Shown: piece after piece, positions 61,501-64,000 of the stretch
How positions within the stretch are numbered: the first letter of the stretch is position 1
Layout of the letters: each line of letters opens with the position of its first letter
Origin: Vulcanimicrobiota bacterium
GTDB lineage: Bacteria > Vulcanimicrobiota > Vulcanimicrobiia > Vulcanimicrobiales > Vulcanimicrobiaceae
DNA length: 64,000 bases
NCBI GenBank assembly: GCA_963777315.1
Contig: CAVZQC010000005.1
Span: 96,001-160,000 of the forward strand
Reading direction: 5' to 3'
Notes under the pieces: model-generated
What the model was told of the DNA's origin: nothing
Database searches by the model: none
What the model saw: the letters and a program-made list of their open reading frames with translations, nothing else
Made by a program: the position numbers and the translations under genes

Positions 61501-63522
61501 CTACCTCAGCTTGAAGATGGCAAGTGCGTCGCCGTACGAATAGCCGAGTTGGAAGTTTCCGCCGGCGGCTACGGCGATGTACTGTACGCCGTGAACGGCG
61601 TAACTGATCGCCGGCGCGTTGACCCCGGCGCCCAAATAGTAACGCCACAACCGTTTGCCGCTCGCGGCATCGTACGCATCGAACCAGCCGTTACCCTCGC
61701 CCATGAACGCCAGACCGCCGGCGGTCGTCAGGGCTCCGCCGATGAGCGGCTGTGGCGTCATCACCGTCCAGGCAATCTTTCCCGTGTCCACGCTGATTGC
61801 AACGAAACGCCCATCTTGAACGCCGCCGGGTGCGACGTTGGTGAACGCGCTTCCCAGACGCAGGTGACCTGGGGCCGCATTTGTCGGACCCGTCGTGAAG
61901 TTCATCAATTGATCCATTCCGAGCACGTACACCATGTGCGTCTTCGGGGAATAGGCTACCGGTGACCATTCCGCACCGCCGTTCGCGCCCGGAAGCATTT
62001 TTACGCCAACTTTCGTCGGTGTCGTGAACATGTTCTTGCTCATCGCAACGTAGGGCTGTGACTTGCGGATCAATTTTCCCGTGTTCCGGTTCACGATGAA
62101 GAACCAGCCGACTTTGCCGGCTTCGCCTGCGGCGGGAATCTTTCGTCCGTTCATCGTGACGTCGAACAGCACCACCGGGCTGGTTGCGTCGTAATCCCAA
62201 ACATCGTGCCGCACTTCCTGATAGCCCCATTTGAATTTTCCCGTGCGCGCGTCGAGCCCAACGATCGAGTCGGTCCACCGGTTGTCGCCTTTGCGCACCG
62301 TGCCGCTCAAGTCCGGATTGGGGTTGCCCGTTGAAAAGATCAGCAGGTTGCGCTGCGCATCCAGCGCGGGCGTCGTCCACACCATGCCGCCGCCTTTCTT
62401 CCACGAATCGCCGGCGTACGTCTTCGGATCCGGCGTCCTCCACCGCCAACGTTGCTTACCGGTTTTGGCCTCGTAGGAAGCCACGAAACCACCGATTGCC
62501 CATTCACCGCCTGCGCTGCCGATGATGATGCTCCCGTCGTATGCGACCGGCGTCATCGTCTCGGAATAGCCGAGCTTCGGATCGGCTACGCGCACGGCCC
62601 AGCGTTGTTTTCCGGTCCGCGCATCGAGCGCGACGAGTTTGTCGTCGAGCGTCGTAAAATATACCATGCCGTAAGCGAGCGTAGGACCGCGGTTGACCGG
62701 ACCGCAGCAGATTTGAAAGTTGCCAAGGTTGTACGTCGTTTCCCAATACGGCGCAGCCGTGGCCGCATTCAGCGCCATGATCTTCATTTGGTTGTTTTCC
62801 ACGCCCGTCGTGATGAACATGACGCCGTCCACCACAATCGGCGTCACCTCGAAACTGGCGGCGATGCCGGTTTGAGCAATGGCTACCGGAACGAGATTTC
62901 TAACGTTCGACGCGGTGATCTGCGTGAGCGGCGAATACCGATCGTTGGCATACGTGCGTCCATGAACGAGCCAGTCGTTCGCGTCCGATGCGGCACTGCG
63001 CATCATGCTGTCGGAAAGCCCGATCCTGGCAGACGAGGGAATCGGCGCGATCGACTTTGTCGACGGGGGCACGGCGCGCACGATCTCGTTCGTTCCTTGA
63101 TTGCCGGGCGCCGGAGTGCCCTTCGTCGCTCCCGACTTTCCGGTGATTTTCGTCTCAGACGGCGGAGCACCGCTCTCTAAGCGGCCGTTTTTCTGCAAAA
63201 GGAATGCCGTCACTTCCTCGTACTGTGCTGAACTCAAACTTCCGGGAGCGTTCGCGGGCATCTGCCGGTGAATGAAGTCGTAGAGTTGCTCTGGCGTCGG
63301 GTAAGCGTTGTTGAACGACGAGCCGAGAAGCCGTGGCCCCGATTGGCCTTGCAGGTTCGCCCCGTGGCACTGCGCGCACGATTGCGCGTACACCGTAGCT
63401 CCCGCAGCGGCTTGTGCGGCGGTGTATTGCGCTTGCGCTCCACGTGAGATTGCAAGTCCGCCGATGGCTAGAACGAAGGCGATTACGCCGGCCGATGTGT
63501 ACCGGGAAAACGTGTGCTGCAT
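61501..63522 (-). CDS. cytochrome c-PQQ-dependent alcohol dehydrogenase fusion
   Basis: Signal peptide; CAQCH..MP heme domain; RYSPLTQI, CCGPVNRG, GGE, TGNP, WDYD, PGANGGAEW. Confidence 0.93.
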   Translation of the reverse strand: MQHTFSRYTSAGVIAFVLAIGGLAISRGAQAQYTAAQAAAGATVYAQSCAQCHGANLQGQSGPRLLGSSFNNAYPTPEQLYDFIHRQMPANAPGSLSSAQYEEVTAFLLQKNGRLESGAPPSETKITGKSGATKGTPAPGNQGTNEIVRAVPPSTKSIAPIPSSARIGLSDSMMRSAASDANDWLVHGRTYANDRYSPLTQITASNVRNLVPVAIAQTGIAASFEVTPIVVDGVMFITTGVENNQMKIMALNAATAAPYWETTYNLGNFQICCGPVNRGPTLAYGMVYFTTLDDKLVALDARTGKQRWAVRVADPKLGYSETMTPVAYDGSIIIGSAGGEWAIGGFVASYEAKTGKQRWRWRTPDPKTYAGDSWKKGGGMVWTTPALDAQRNLLIFSTGNPNPDLSGTVRKGDNRWTDSIVGLDARTGKFKWGYQEVRHDVWDYDATSPVVLFDVTMNGRKIPAAGEAGKVGWFFIVNRNTGKLIRKSQPYVAMSKNMFTTPTKVGVKMLPGANGGAEWSPVAYSPKTHMVYVLGMDQLMNFTTGPTNAAPGHLRLGSAFTNVAPGGVQDGRFVAISVDTGKIAWTVMTPQPLIGGALTTAGGLAFMGEGNGWFDAYDAASGKRLWRYYLGAGVNAPAISYAVHGVQYIAVAAGGNFQLGYSYGDALAIFKLR

Positions 63523-63617
63523 CGAAGACCTCCACGAAATAGCAACGGCTCCTCGAAAAGTATACGCCCTTGCATAATGAAAAGGAAAGGCCGTTCACCG
63601 GCCGATACAACAATGCC

Positions 63618-64000
63618 GTGAGCGTCACCGATAGCGCCCGAGCTGAGGACGGCACGGCCGCGACGATCATCGGCATCGAGACGTGCTGCTCAGCCCTCGA
63701 TTACGATTGGCTCGAGAAGGCGGTGCGCAACGTAGGCGGCGTTCGCGACGTCGGTATCGACCGTACGAGCAACGATCTCGAGGTCGCGTACGATCCTTCC
63801 GATATCACGCCGCAGCAATTGGTCGAGCGGATCCGGCGTGACGGCTTCCGCTGCACGTGCGAAACAGAGCAAGCCAAGCCTGAGGCGCACGTGCACGAGC
63901 AACACTCCGCGGCGATGATCGATGAGATGCTGCGCAAGGCAATCGCTTCGGCGATACTCACGATTCCGATCGTGCTCTACTCTCCGATCGGGCACGCCTT
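63618..64000 (+). CDS. heavy-metal P1B-type ATPase, 5' portion (runs off window)
   Basis: Manual translation: HMA-like domain (TCCSALD...VAYDPSDITPQQLVERIRRDGF), His-containing linker, first TM ILTIPIVLYSP. Confidence 0.75.
   Translation, partial: MSVTDSARAEDGTAATIIGIETCCSALDYDWLEKAVRNVGGVRDVGIDRTSNDLEVAYDPSDITPQQLVERIRRDGFRCTCETEQAKPEAHVHEQHSAAMIDEMLRKAIASAILTIPIVLYSPIGHA

Noticed and set aside
44350..64000. Prophage or ICE
   Set aside because: No integrase, structural, replication or conjugation genes and no att repeats seen

Overview
High-GC bacterial chromosome segment. Gene content and style suggest a Terrabacteria lineage such as Ca. Eremiobacterota, but that is an impression, not a search result. 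1-44.3 kb is mostly core genome: the 5' end of pyk, the rimP-nusA-ylxR-infB-rbfA-nrnA-truB-ribF operon, a FecR/DUF6600-like repeat protein, an atypical Clp ATPase, a FAD-oxidoreductase/cyclase/ketosynthase mini-cluster, putB, a class I aldolase, phoBR-pstCAB, tdh-kbl, tRNA-fMet, add-mntR-rhomboid-dinG-S1/P1 nuclease, acs, and CIRCE-hrcA-dnaJ-rsmE. 44.4-52.4 kb is a defence islet: a decayed AbiE pair, an intact type I R-S-M system, and a DUF4258-DUF2283-zinc-finger operon with a duplicated promoter/operator motif. 52.5-64 kb is a metal/redox islet: two Ni/Co transporter-family genes plus two DUF4331-like exported proteins (one with a predicted N-terminal ATCUN motif), an IS256 scar, PadR plus an orphan RND pump, a cytochrome c-PQQ dehydrogenase fusion with the lanthanide-type WDYD motif, and the 5' end of a P1B ATPase. 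Single-base insertions in ribF, pstA, kbl and DUF4331 look like assembly errors. Best novelty candidates: the DUF4331/Ni-transporter operon, the zinc-finger plus hydrophobic-helix Clp ATPase, the three-gene TA operon, the N-terminal-heme PQQ enzyme, the structured infB leader with a micro-ORF, and probable ATA/CTG start codons.
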